A stretch of DNA of 64,000 nt from Ranitomeya imitator (taxonomy: Eukaryota), in NCBI RefSeq assembly GCF_032444005.1, contig NC_091283.1:39990001-40054000 (forward strand). The letters run 5' to 3'. Within the stretch, counting starts at the first letter, position 1. Every line of letters starts with the position of its first letter. Shown piece after piece: positions 46,435-57,029 of this stretch. The translations under genes were made by a program, and so were the position numbers. The notes beneath the pieces were generated by a model. It was not told the DNA's origin. It did no database searches and saw only the letters and a list, made by a program, of their open reading frames with translations.

Positions 46435-46891
46435 TTAGGGTAGCCATCTCTAATAGGCGGCACTAGAAGTTGGACTAGAAGTTGCATTTCGTGTCAGATG
46501 TTGGATTGCTGGAATAACTGGTTACCAAGAAGAAAAGAATAACAGAGTGATCGGCTTTCAGGTTCTGGCAAGCTTTCTTATAACGCTACTGCAGATGTGG
46601 GGAGGGGGATTATAAAGGCAGCACAGTTGTCCAGCAGAACAATCTGCAAAAATAGTGAGAAAATCCCACACGTTACACGCAACAGAACCAGCGCGTCATA
46701 TGAAAAATCAGATGTGTTGGAATGGGATGGATTCGATGGACGTAGTTACTCCATGTGACGGGGGATCCTGGTTACATACAGATATCACATACAGTATGGA
46801 GGTAGTGACTGAGTGATGGTGGACCCTGGTTACATCTCTGTATATCGCAGGGATTCCTCCTGTCACCTGTACGAGTCTCCTCCCAGCGACG

Positions 46892-47037
46892 TGACGTCTT
46901 CTTCTCACCTGTACAGCAGGGAAACAGAAAGCGGTAGGTTCCCATGGCTGCTGTCACTTGTATTCTGGACGTACATAGAATATATCTGCACATCCTGAAA
47001 ATGAAGAATTTTCTCTTCTGGAGATTGAGATATAAAA
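46892..47037 (+). promoter_or_regulatory. IFN-lambda B promoter (CRE-like, IRF/ISRE-like, weak kB-like, TATA)
   Basis: TGACGTCT 46892; GAAACAGAAA 46921; GGTAGGTTCCC 46933; GAAAATGAAG 46997; TATAAAA 47031. Confidence 0.65.
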
Positions 47038-47248
47038 GACGAAACATGGGTAGACATGAGACAGAGCTACGAGTCGCAGAGAGAAGAAAGACGACCGGGC
47101 AGGTGAGCATCTTCTACTGGGTGTACATACAGAATATCAGCGCTGAGGACATTTACACGATGGATAATAATCAGGTTTTATGTATTAAATTCTTATACCC
47201 AGGTTCATAGGAAGAGAAAAACTCCAAATCGACACCAATTCTCCAGCC

Positions 47249-47392
47249 ATGGACGTCAGACTGGTGGTCGTCTTCACTCTTGTTCTTGTGGCAGTGACCG
47301 GACTTCCACACCAGAGACGCTGCCCGATGTCCAGATATCAATCAGTATCGTCCGCTGATATCAGGGTGATCCGACAACTGCAGAATGAACAT
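47249..47392 (+). CDS. IFNL: IFN-lambda copy B coding exon 1 (signal peptide); 178-179-aa protein in total
   Basis: MDVRLVVVFTLVLVAVTGLPHQRRCPMSRYQSVSSADIRVIRQLQNEH|gtaag. Confidence 0.86.
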
Positions 47393-47685
47393 GTAAGGAG
47401 AGAGGATGTGTTATATAGAGAGGAGTCAAATCGTGTGTGTACAGGTGGTGCCAAAATCAGGAATCGATCAATGGATCTTCTCCACTATGTATTATGTGGT
47501 GGCTCTCGTAACAGCTGCTTCCATTGACCGATGCCTTGAAGCATTGAATGTTGGTTCCTGACATTTCAGTCCCGATGGATAATAGACTATACAGTAGATA
47601 TTCTGGATGACGTCTCTTTCACTGAACATATAATATACGTTCGGTGCTTAAAAGCTACAACAAATACTTCTCTATCTGTCCACAG

Positions 47686-47763
47686 GAGAAGGACATGTCC
47701 ACCAGTGCCATCAAATGCTACAGAAATATGATGAGACACAAGCCGTCTGTATGTGACCTAATG
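47686..47763 (+). CDS. IFNL: IFN-lambda copy B coding exon 2
   Basis: cag|EKDMSTSAIKCYRNMMRHKPSVCDLM|gtaag. Confidence 0.85.
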
Positions 47764-47855
47764 GTAAGTGCATAGTGGTCTCGTTCCTATTACTGACCCC
47801 CAACTCCACCAGAGACCCAAGAAATAACCATGTGACCCTCTAATCTTCTCCACAG

Positions 47856-47999
47856 CCCAGTGATCGTCTCATCTTGATCTTGGAACGAGTGTCACAAACA
47901 CTTGATGTCCTGCAGAGCAAGTCCACATCTGGTGCTACAGATGTCGGACCCCAGTCCCTCATGATCTTCCATAAACTGAGAGATGATCTCATGATTTGT
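47856..47999 (+). CDS. IFNL: IFN-lambda copy B coding exon 3
   Basis: cag|PSDRLILILERVSQTLDVLQSKSTSGATDVGPQSLMIFHKLRDDLMIC|gtaag. Confidence 0.85.
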
Positions 48000-48081
48000 G
48001 TAAGTTCCCATGTCCAATTCTTCCTAGAGTGTATGTATGAGACATTTCACCCATCACTTATCATCGTCCTTTTCTGTCCAG

Positions 48082-48165
48082 CAGAAAGAGTCAACAGGAA
48101 TCAGTGAGACTCCGTCCGAGGAGCTGAAGCCTTGGCTGCACCATCTCCAGCACTTTAAGGACTTG
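48082..48165 (+). CDS. IFNL: IFN-lambda copy B coding exon 4 (CAGCAG acceptor; start 48082 or 48085)
   Basis: (Q)KESTGISETPSEELKPWLHHLQHFKDL|gtaag; cf. RLHHWLHRLQE in mammalian IFNL. Confidence 0.84.
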
Positions 48166-48569
48166 GTAAGTGTCCTGCATGAGAAATGTGGATGTTCCAT
48201 TTTTATTATGATAAAGATTTATGCACTCGGGCAATATCAAATCCAGAAGATATGGGTTTCCGAGAAGAGCTAGAAGCCAATTGATTGATGGAGAAGGTAG
48301 CATGGAACTCTTTGAGAGTCAGGTGGTTTTCTAGTTTTAGTGGAGTAGATAAGAGGCACGAGCGGAAATGCTTGTCTGTAATTGCCATTAGGTTGCACAT
48401 ATTGATGATTACTAATACAAATATTTTCCCATGTAAATTGGGTTAAAAATACTGTATGTTCTAATGACGATAAGAGAACTTCTCATCATGGAGTTGGTGT
48501 GGTATGAAGATTAGGAGAATTTTCATGACTTCAATTTGCATTATAAAAGTTTTTTAAATTATTTTGTAG

Positions 48570-48659
48570 GCATCTCCACAATGTCTCCAGGATGCTGTGT
48601 TACTCGGACTCATCCCAATACTGGTGGAGGACGTTGGGTGTTGGGTTCATGGGCAGTAA
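48570..48659 (+). CDS. IFNL: IFN-lambda copy B coding exon 5
   Basis: tag|ASPQCLQDAVLLGLIPILVEDVGCWVHGQ*. Confidence 0.86.
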   Translation, partial: ASPQCLQDAVLLGLIPILVEDVGCWVHGQ

Positions 48660-48959
48660 CTTAAAAAGAAGTTTAAAAGAAGATCCACAAGTTTAGAGGA
48701 TGCTCTTCAATTTCCGAATTTGAAGTCATGGTCCATCTTCCCTGAACATCACAAAGTCTATTATCTTCATCCTGTAATTTATGACCACCATCATTGGAAG
48801 AAGAAGGAGAAAGAGAAGAGTCATTCTCCATGTGTCAGGAAGTCCACACAGAAGAAGCTTCTCTAAAACTTCCTGAGATCCATCTATATTTTCTGGATAT
48901 TCTAGGAGAATCAAGGAACTAATGTTTTTCACTTCCCCCTGCACAAATATGACAATGCT

Positions 48960-49066
48960 ATTTCTATTTTATATATTTATTGCATATTTGCTTATTATAT
49001 TGATATTATTTATTGCTTTGAAATGGATTTATTTGAATGTCTGTTTTTCGGAAATACTAAAATAAA
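48960..49066 (+). promoter_or_regulatory. AU-rich 3' UTR and AATAAA signal of IFN-lambda B
   Basis: Several ATTTA pentamers; AATAAA at 49061-49066. Confidence 0.6.
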
Positions 49067-49087
49067 ATTTTCTGTTGTAAAGACCAA

Positions 49088-49525
49088 TCTATATATATAA
49101 TTGTCTAAGGGTTTTTCCGTCTGTCTGTCCTGGAAATCCCGCGTCTCTGATTGGTCGAGGCCGCGAGGCCTCGACCAATCAGCGACGGGCACAGTATCGA
49201 CGTAGAAATACCACATCTCTGATTGGTCGAGGCCGCCAGGTCTCAACCAATCAGCGACGGGCACAGCGATGATGATGTCATAAAGGACGTAGACATCCCG
49301 CGTCTCTGATTGGTCGAGGCCGCCAGGCCTCAACCAATCAGCGATGGGCACAGTATCGACGTAGATGTCATAATGGTTGCCATGGCGACGATGTCATAAA
49401 GGTTGCCTCGACCAATCAGCGATGGGCACAATCTGCCGCGAATTCTGGAATCATCATTGTCCATATACTACGGGGATATGCATATTCTAGAATACCCGAT
49501 GCGTTAAAATCGGGCCACAACCTAG
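49088..49525 (+). mobile_element. Non-autonomous Helitron
   Basis: A|TC start, internal short repeats, CCCGAT(gcgttaaa)ATCGGG hairpin then CTAG|T end; no TSD. Confidence 0.78.
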
Positions 49526-49980
49526 TCTACTATATAATTGTCTAAGGGTCACTTCTGTCTGTCTGTCATGGTTATTCATTCGCTGATTGGTCTCGGCAGC
49601 TGCCTGTCATAGCTGCCGCGACCAATAAGTGACGGCCACAGTCTGGAAGAAAATGGCCGCTCCTTCCTCCCCGCAGTCAGTGCCCGGCGTCCACATACTC
49701 CCCTCCGGTCAGCGCTCACACAGGGTTAATGGCAGCGTTGACCGCAGTGTAACACACTCGGTTAACTCTGCTATTAACCCTGTGTGACCACCTTTTTACT
49801 ATTTATGCTGCCTATGCAGCATGAATAGTAAAAATATCTAATGTTAAAAATAATAAAAAAAATAAAAAATAGTTATATGCTCACCCTCCGGTGGCCCCCC
49901 GGATCAGAAACCGGCCTTTTCCGCTCCGCGCGACGTCCCGGTGACCGCTGCATGCATTGCGGTCTCGCGAGATGATGACG
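49526..49980 (+). mobile_element. Second, 3'-truncated related Helitron directly abutting the first
   Basis: Starts TCTAC-TATATAATTGTCTAAGGGT, the same 5' motif; no hairpin-CTAG end found. Confidence 0.55.
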
Positions 49981-52070
49981 TACGGTCATGCACTAAAAGA
50001 TATTAATCTTACCAATGCTGTTTTGGGCACCGATGCTCCAATGAGCAGTGTTTTTGCTGCTATTCCTCGCATTTTGCATCATCTTTGTGATCTATAATGA
50101 ACCTTAGGGGCAGCACTTAAGGATTAAAACCGCTCCACCCCATGTCCTGCCATGCACTGGATTACTATAGGTCACCGTTTTGCGTCTATGATCCTAGAAA
50201 AAACATTTTATCTCTTGCACATTCGCTGTCCTCTTAAGATTTCAGGGACTCCACAATACCTTTTGCTGCGATTTTATATGATGGCTACGGGCGGTTTAGT
50301 GATTGTGCTCACATCTCCAGCCATTCTTCTACTCTTGGTGAGCAGAGACTTCACAAAACTCCTCACGTATTATGTAAGTCATGCCCGTGGAGTAAAGTCT
50401 GTCAGAGGCCATCAGCTCAAGAAGGCTTCACGAGACTGACTTGGTCCTCCATGATGTGGATGAATGGATCCCAAGGGCGGATTAATAGTAGCCAGGGCCC
50501 CGGGACGGATTAGAAGGTATAGCCCCCTTCCCCAGGTACCTGATGTATCACGTGACATGTCACATGATCTGACCAGAAAAAAGAAGCCTAACAAGGTCCA
50601 AGAAGAAACATACATAATGTCCTTGTCATACAAAGCATAACCCTTCAGATTATAAATGGACGGTCAAGTGGCAGAGCAAATAAACCACAAGCCGCGTTCC
50701 CACAAGCTGGCATATAAAGTACGGAGCCACGATCGCCGCCATACAGCTCCGTCAGCAGAAAAATAAAGGTATAGCTCTCAGAATAAAGCGATGCAAAAAT
50801 AATAATTTTTTCTATAAAAATAGTTTTTATCGTGTAAAAGCGCCAAAACATAAAATGCCAATATAAATGGGGTATCGCTGTAATCGTACTGACCCGAAGA
50901 ATAAAGCTGCTTTATCAATTTTACCACACGTGGAGCAGTATAAAAAATAAACCCAAAAAAAACAATTGTTCATTCTACCTCCCAAAAATAGGAATAGAAA
51001 GCGATCAAAAAAATGTCATGTGCCGAAAATAGTATCAATAAGAACATCAACTCGTCCTACAAAAAAGAAGCCCTCACTCGACTCTGTAGGCCACAATGTG
51101 GAAAAATTATAGCTCTCAAAATCTCAAAATATGGTGAGGCAAAAACTAGTTTTTGCAATAAAAAGCGTCTTTTAGTGTGTGACAGCTGCCAAACATAAAA
51201 ACCCAATATAAACCTGGTATCACTGTAATCGCACCGACCCGAAGGATAAAGTCGCCTAATCAAGGGCGTGGCTATGTAGCTGAAGAGAGAGGTTGCACCC
51301 TGGGAGAGCTCCTAATATCCTGACTACTTCCTGCCATTAAGACCCCTTCTAAGTGTAAGTTACCTGTCAGGTCTGAAGCCCTTTGGACCCTGGAAGGTGT
51401 GCGGCCACTATAAAGGAGCGCTGTGAGGACCTGAGAGACGCTGGGAGCCGAGGGAGCCTACATGGCCAGCGTGATACATGTGAGGCGGCGGCCATTTTAC
51501 AAGCGCGCGCTCTAACAAGCTACAGAGCGGCGCCAAAGTCTGCCGGCGCCGGGACTCCCCCCTGAGCCGTGAGAAATCCCCGGTACCTGCGGGTGAGTGC
51601 GGCGGAGCTCTGGTGCGCTGAGAACTGGAGGGACTTGGACGGTGGTGTCTGTGTGAGGTGGCGGCCACTACATAAGTGCGCGCTCTCACTATAACTGCAG
51701 CGCTGTCTAGGAGGTGAGCACGCATTCTGAACTTTATTAAGGGGACGGGCGGTGAGTGCTCTGGAAAATTGGGCCCCGTGCTCCCCTATCAGGAAGACAC
51801 TTACCCTACCGGTGCTATTACTTTGGAGGGTTTGGCCCCCTCCTTGCTGTTGCCTCTGCGGGTGCTATGGGTCCCCCTGGTGCACGGAGCTCCAGTGAAG
51901 ACTGGGAACTGCTGCATTTATTACTCTGAGCACTTCGCCCATTTAGTGCTGCCTCATAATATAATATAATATAAATACTTTATACCAGCCCTGCCATCTC
52001 TGTGACTGGAACTTGGCACTATTTCATAATATAACTTCAGCTATTTTGCTGCCTCTCACTTCTATCAGCT

Positions 52071-52955
52071 ATGCAACACTCTAAGGGATCAGGAGCTGCT
52101 GACAAATTGAAAAGAGATGCCAGGGATGACCCCTCGGATGGTGTGCAAACCCTTAGAAACAATCCCTCGCAGGCTCAACGCAAAAGCCGCCCTTCTGATA
52201 GTAATGAGGAGGGTGAACAAGAAGAACTGACCCTCAAACAGGCATCTGAACAATTAATGCAAGCTATCTCCTTAACCAGATCATCTCTTACTGAAAAAAT
52301 AGAGGATGTGCACACTGAGGTGGGCCATCTAAGGCAGGATATGCAAGCCATGAGAGGACGTATCACAGAGGTGGAAACGAGAGTGTCACAAATAGAAGAC
52401 ACCATCACGCCCATGGAGGCTAAGTTGACAAAGCTGGCTGGCTCTATAATTGCCTGGAAACAAAAAGCAGATGATTTGGAGAACAGACTTCGTCGAAACA
52501 ATATCCGAATTATTGGTCTTCCGGAAGGCTCAGAGGGCCAGAAACCTGGGCAATTTCTAGAGGGCTGGCTTAAGGCCTCTCTGGGAGATGAAGTCTCCTC
52601 AACATTCTCTGTGGAAAGGGCCCACAGGGTTCCCCCGCTGAGACCTTTTTTGGCACGTCTTCTCAACTGCAAGGATAGAGACGCTATTCTACGACTGGCA
52701 CGGCAGAAAAGCCCTATCAAATTTCATAACGCCACAATCTCGATCTTTCCGAATTTTTCTATGGAGCTTCAGAAACAGCGGGCGCGGTTCATGGAAATAA
52801 AGAAACAACTCAGAGACCAAAACGTCATGTACTCTATGATTTATCCAGCTCAACTACGAATTGTTCATGAGGGTTCTTCTATATTTTTCATTGATCCGGA
52901 GGAAGCGGCTGAATGGCTTCAGAACCACAGGGCGTCTAATGCAAAGAAATCCTAA
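52071..52955 (+). CDS. L1 ORF1p (294 aa; coiled coil and RRM-like region)
   Basis: DLENRLRRNNIRIIGLPEGSEG, VERAHRV, MIYPAQLRI motifs. Confidence 0.88.
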   Translation: MQHSKGSGAADKLKRDARDDPSDGVQTLRNNPSQAQRKSRPSDSNEEGEQEELTLKQASEQLMQAISLTRSSLTEKIEDVHTEVGHLRQDMQAMRGRITEVETRVSQIEDTITPMEAKLTKLAGSIIAWKQKADDLENRLRRNNIRIIGLPEGSEGQKPGQFLEGWLKASLGDEVSSTFSVERAHRVPPLRPFLARLLNCKDRDAILRLARQKSPIKFHNATISIFPNFSMELQKQRARFMEIKKQLRDQNVMYSMIYPAQLRIVHEGSSIFFIDPEEAAEWLQNHRASNAKKS

Positions 52956-55548
52956 TGTATTCATGATACTACCAGAATTCTTTTTTTTCCCTTTTTCTGA
53001 TAAGCTGCATAATGGAGCTCTCTGTCTGGGCGTCCAACCCAACAACAATACCGGACGCTGAACCTAGCGAGGGCATCCCCGTTTTCACTTAGTAATAGGA
53101 GCACAGGACTTCACTCCTATATTGTTTTTTGCTGTTTTCTCTTTTATGTTTGTTCTGTTATTTAGGTAGAAATCGCCGCCAACAGCTCTCTTGTCCTTTG
53201 TGTGATGCCCCTAGACTCTGCCCGGACACTAATGCATATATTTTGATGTGTAAGTATGGGATCTGAAATAGTATGTATGACCTGGAATGTGCGGGGTATT
53301 AAATCTCCCCGGAAAAAAATCAAGGTATCTTCACAGATCAAACGCTATCATCCTCATGTTGTGACTTTGGTAGAGACACATTTGACTAGAGACACGGCCC
53401 GATGTGTACAGAAACCATGGGTACAATGGTCCATCCACGCGTTTGACACTAGCTACTCGAGAGGGGTTTCATTGCTAATTTATAGAGATGTTAGATGGGA
53501 AGTTAGGGAGGCCCGGAGGGACTCTGGTCGTTTTGTTTTTGTATATGCATTAATTAACTCTCGTGAATACGTAATACTATGTGTTTATAAACCTCCTCCA
53601 GCTAATATATCAGTTCTTCGGATGGCAATGGGTTTTGCCCTAAACTTCCCAGACGCAAATGTCATTTGTATGGGGGATTTTAATCTAGTTATGGATAACC
53701 GTCTTGATAGACTGAGATTGGGTGATGAGATAGTTGGAGAACCCCCCTCTCAGGCTCCATCCATAATTGGCTTTATTTATGGAGGGAAGTGGATGGCTGG
53801 ATCTGTGGAGAATACGCCACCCTGAGATAAAAGAATATACCTGTCATTCATCCACCAGACGCTCTCTTTCTCATATAGACTATATATTTGGATCCGAGGG
53901 ATTGGCAATGTGGGTGGATGGCATTGAACATGGTAATAGGGGAATATCTGACCACAGCCCGGTCATCCTTAAACTTAAATATGGACAATCAAATAATGGC
54001 ATAGTCTGGAAGTTGAATCCATTCTGGCTGAAATTAATAGACTCCAATGATAGGACTGTTGACCAGTTGAATTGCTTCATTTCGTCCCACCCGGAGCCCC
54101 AAAACACCAATCTATTTTGGGACGCCCTTAAGGATATCTAAGGGGATGTTTATCTTCTACAATCTCTTATATAAAAACGGTGACCTCAAGGGAAGATGAA
54201 GAGATGGAGCAACGACTGAAAGACTCGGAGACCACATATATATCTGATCCAACTAATGGTAATAGAATCGAGTGGCTAACTTCCCAGAGGTTATATGCTC
54301 AGCATACAGACACTAAATCTAAACGTAAATTATTTTTCACTCGTCAATCCTATTTTGAACTAGGGAACCAAGCTAGCAAATTTTTCGCCTTTTTGGTACT
54401 CCAACACAACATATCTAATACTATACTACAGATTCAAACACCAGACGGATCACTGGTATCCTCAACTGAAGAAATACTTCACTGTCTCCACGACTATTAC
54501 AAGTCGTTATATACATCTAAGTGTGACTTTGATATTCTGGAAAGCCTGGATTATTTATCGGATGTAACATTTCCCGCACTGAGTTCAGCCCAGCGAGCCT
54601 TCATGGATGCTGAGTTCACCTTGGAGGAGATAGATTGGGCTATAACGGATATGGCCACTGGGAAGGCTCCTGGTCCAAACGGGTTTCCCACTGAACTATA
54701 TAGGAAATATCGTGACACACTAGCACCACTTTTATTGAGTGTTTCGGGGGATGTGGGAGGAAGGATCTATGCCCGACACCTTTTACGAGGCAAACATTAT
54801 TATACTTAGGAAGGAGGGGAAGGACCCTTTGGAATGTGGATCTTACCACCCTATATTGTTGGTAAATGTAGATTATAAAATTTTTACTAAAATTCTAGCT
54901 ACTAAACTCGATTATATTGGACCTTACACATCCAGACCAGCCAGGCTTTATGCCGGGTAAAAATACTTCTATTAACATTAGACGAGTCCAGTCAGTGGTT
55001 CAATATAGCTCATTGGTACCAGACAACTGCTGGGCATTAGCATCGCTGGATGCGGCCAAAGCCTTTGACTCCCTCGAGTGGCCCTTTCTATCAACATGTC
55101 TGCAAAAATATGGTTTCGGTGATAAATTCTTAAAATGGTTAGGTCTATTATATATGAAGCCTAGAGCCCGTATATTTGTAAATGGCTCCATTTCTAAACC
55201 CTTCTCACTATACAGAGGGACCCGCCAGGGGTGTCCCCTTTCCCCGGCCCTTTTCGCCCTCGCGATAGAGGCACTGGCGATACGCATAAGGTCCTCTCCA
55301 GACATTAGAGGTATAGACATAGCTGGTCGTGTGGACACCATCGGTCTATACGCTGATGATATGGTGATATTTATGGATAAGGCGGAGGAAACATTGCCGC
55401 AGGTAATTGCCACTATAGATAAATTTAGTAAGTACTCAGGCTTGTACATAAATTGGGACAAATCCGGGTTGATGCCCCTCTCCCATATCCCAATGCCCCA
55501 TCTTGAAACTCCTCCCTCCTTATTGTACCCAGTTTCAAGTATCTAGGC

Positions 55549-56335
55549 TGTTGTGAATTCTGTGGTCAAGCTCCCTCCTGTGGTCATGAGTGGTACTTCG
55601 GCTGGTTCTGTCTATGAGCTTCCTCTGGTGGATGTGAGTGGGGCTGCGGCTTCTGAGTTTCCTTCCTCAGGTGACGAGGTTAAGTCGTTAGGTGCTGCTC
55701 TATTTAACTCCACCTAGTTCTTTGTTCCTGGCCTCCTGGATCGTTCTTGTGGCCTGTCTGCCCTGCATAAGCTAAGTTCTGCTTGTGTTACTTTTGTTTG
55801 CTATTTTTTCTGTCCAGCTTGCTATATTGGTTTTTCTTGCTTGCTGGAAGCTCTGAGACGCAGAGGGAGCACCTCCGTGCCGTTAGTCGGTACGGAGGGT
55901 CTTTTTGCGCCCTCTGCGTGGTTGTTTGTAGGTTTTTGTGCTGACCGCAAAGCTATCTTTCCTATCCTCGGTCTATTCAGTAAGTCGGGCCTCACTTTGC
56001 TAAAACCTATTTCATCTCTGTGTTTGTGTTTTCATCTTTACTCACAGTCATTATATGTGGGGGGCTGCCTTTTCCTTTGGGGAATTTCTCTGAGGCAAGG
56101 TAGGCTTATTTTTCTATCTTCAGGGCTAGCTAGTTTCTCAGGCTGTGCCCGAGGCGCCTAGGTCTGGTCAGGAGCGCTCCACGGCTACCTTTAGTGTGGT
56201 ATGATAGGATTAGGGATTGCGGTCAGCAGAGTTCCCACGTCTCAGAGCTTGTCCTATGTTATTTGTAACTATCAGGTCACTTGTGTGCTCTTAACCACCA
56301 GGTCCATTGTGTTTCTGAATCACCAGTTCATAACA
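55549..56335 (+). mobile_element. Solo LTR of a third subfamily related to elements A/B
   Basis: TGTTGTGAATTC...TTCATAACA; TSD ctaggc; splits L1 FKYLG|IHVS. Confidence 0.92.
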
Positions 56336-57029
56336 CTAGGCATCCACGTTTCTCAATATAGTAGATCTGAATTACAACTTAATATATTCCCATTGTTAGA
56401 ATTGGTCAAATCTAAATTTGCAGCTTGGAATAAACTCCCACTATCTGTAGCCGGTCGTATCAATCTAATTAAAATGATACTGCTCCCCAAGCTCAGTTAT
56501 TGCCTTCAACACAGTGCTGTGCTAATCCCTAAATCCTTTTTTTGTGAATTTGAACTCCCAAATCACAACTTTCATATGGGGGAGGTCTAGGCCCAAACTC
56601 AAGTTATCTACGCTGCAGAGACCAAAACAGGGGGGTGGAGCGGCGTTGCCGGATTTTTATCTATATTACTTGGCTGGTCAGGCTAGAGCAATCAATAAAT
56701 GGATGCCCAATAATTGTCTCCCTAACTCTGAAAGCCACCTGCTTTATTCGGCCCAAATTGACTGTCCACTAAACTTCCTGGAACTGGAGAAAATTAGCGT
56801 CCCCCGTTTACTACCCCTACTTCGTCTGGCACGATCAGTTTGGAGGCAAATTAAAAAAACTATTGGATTCATAGATATTATAGCGGAAATGCCCCTGTGG
56901 AAAAATGGCTATTTTCCAGCCCTGTTGAATTACCCGTCCACTGACGTTTGGATTGTGCATGGTGTCTCCTCAATACGTGACCTATATGGCGGTGGGATCT
57001 TTGTGTCTTTTGAGCAATTGCAAACTAAA

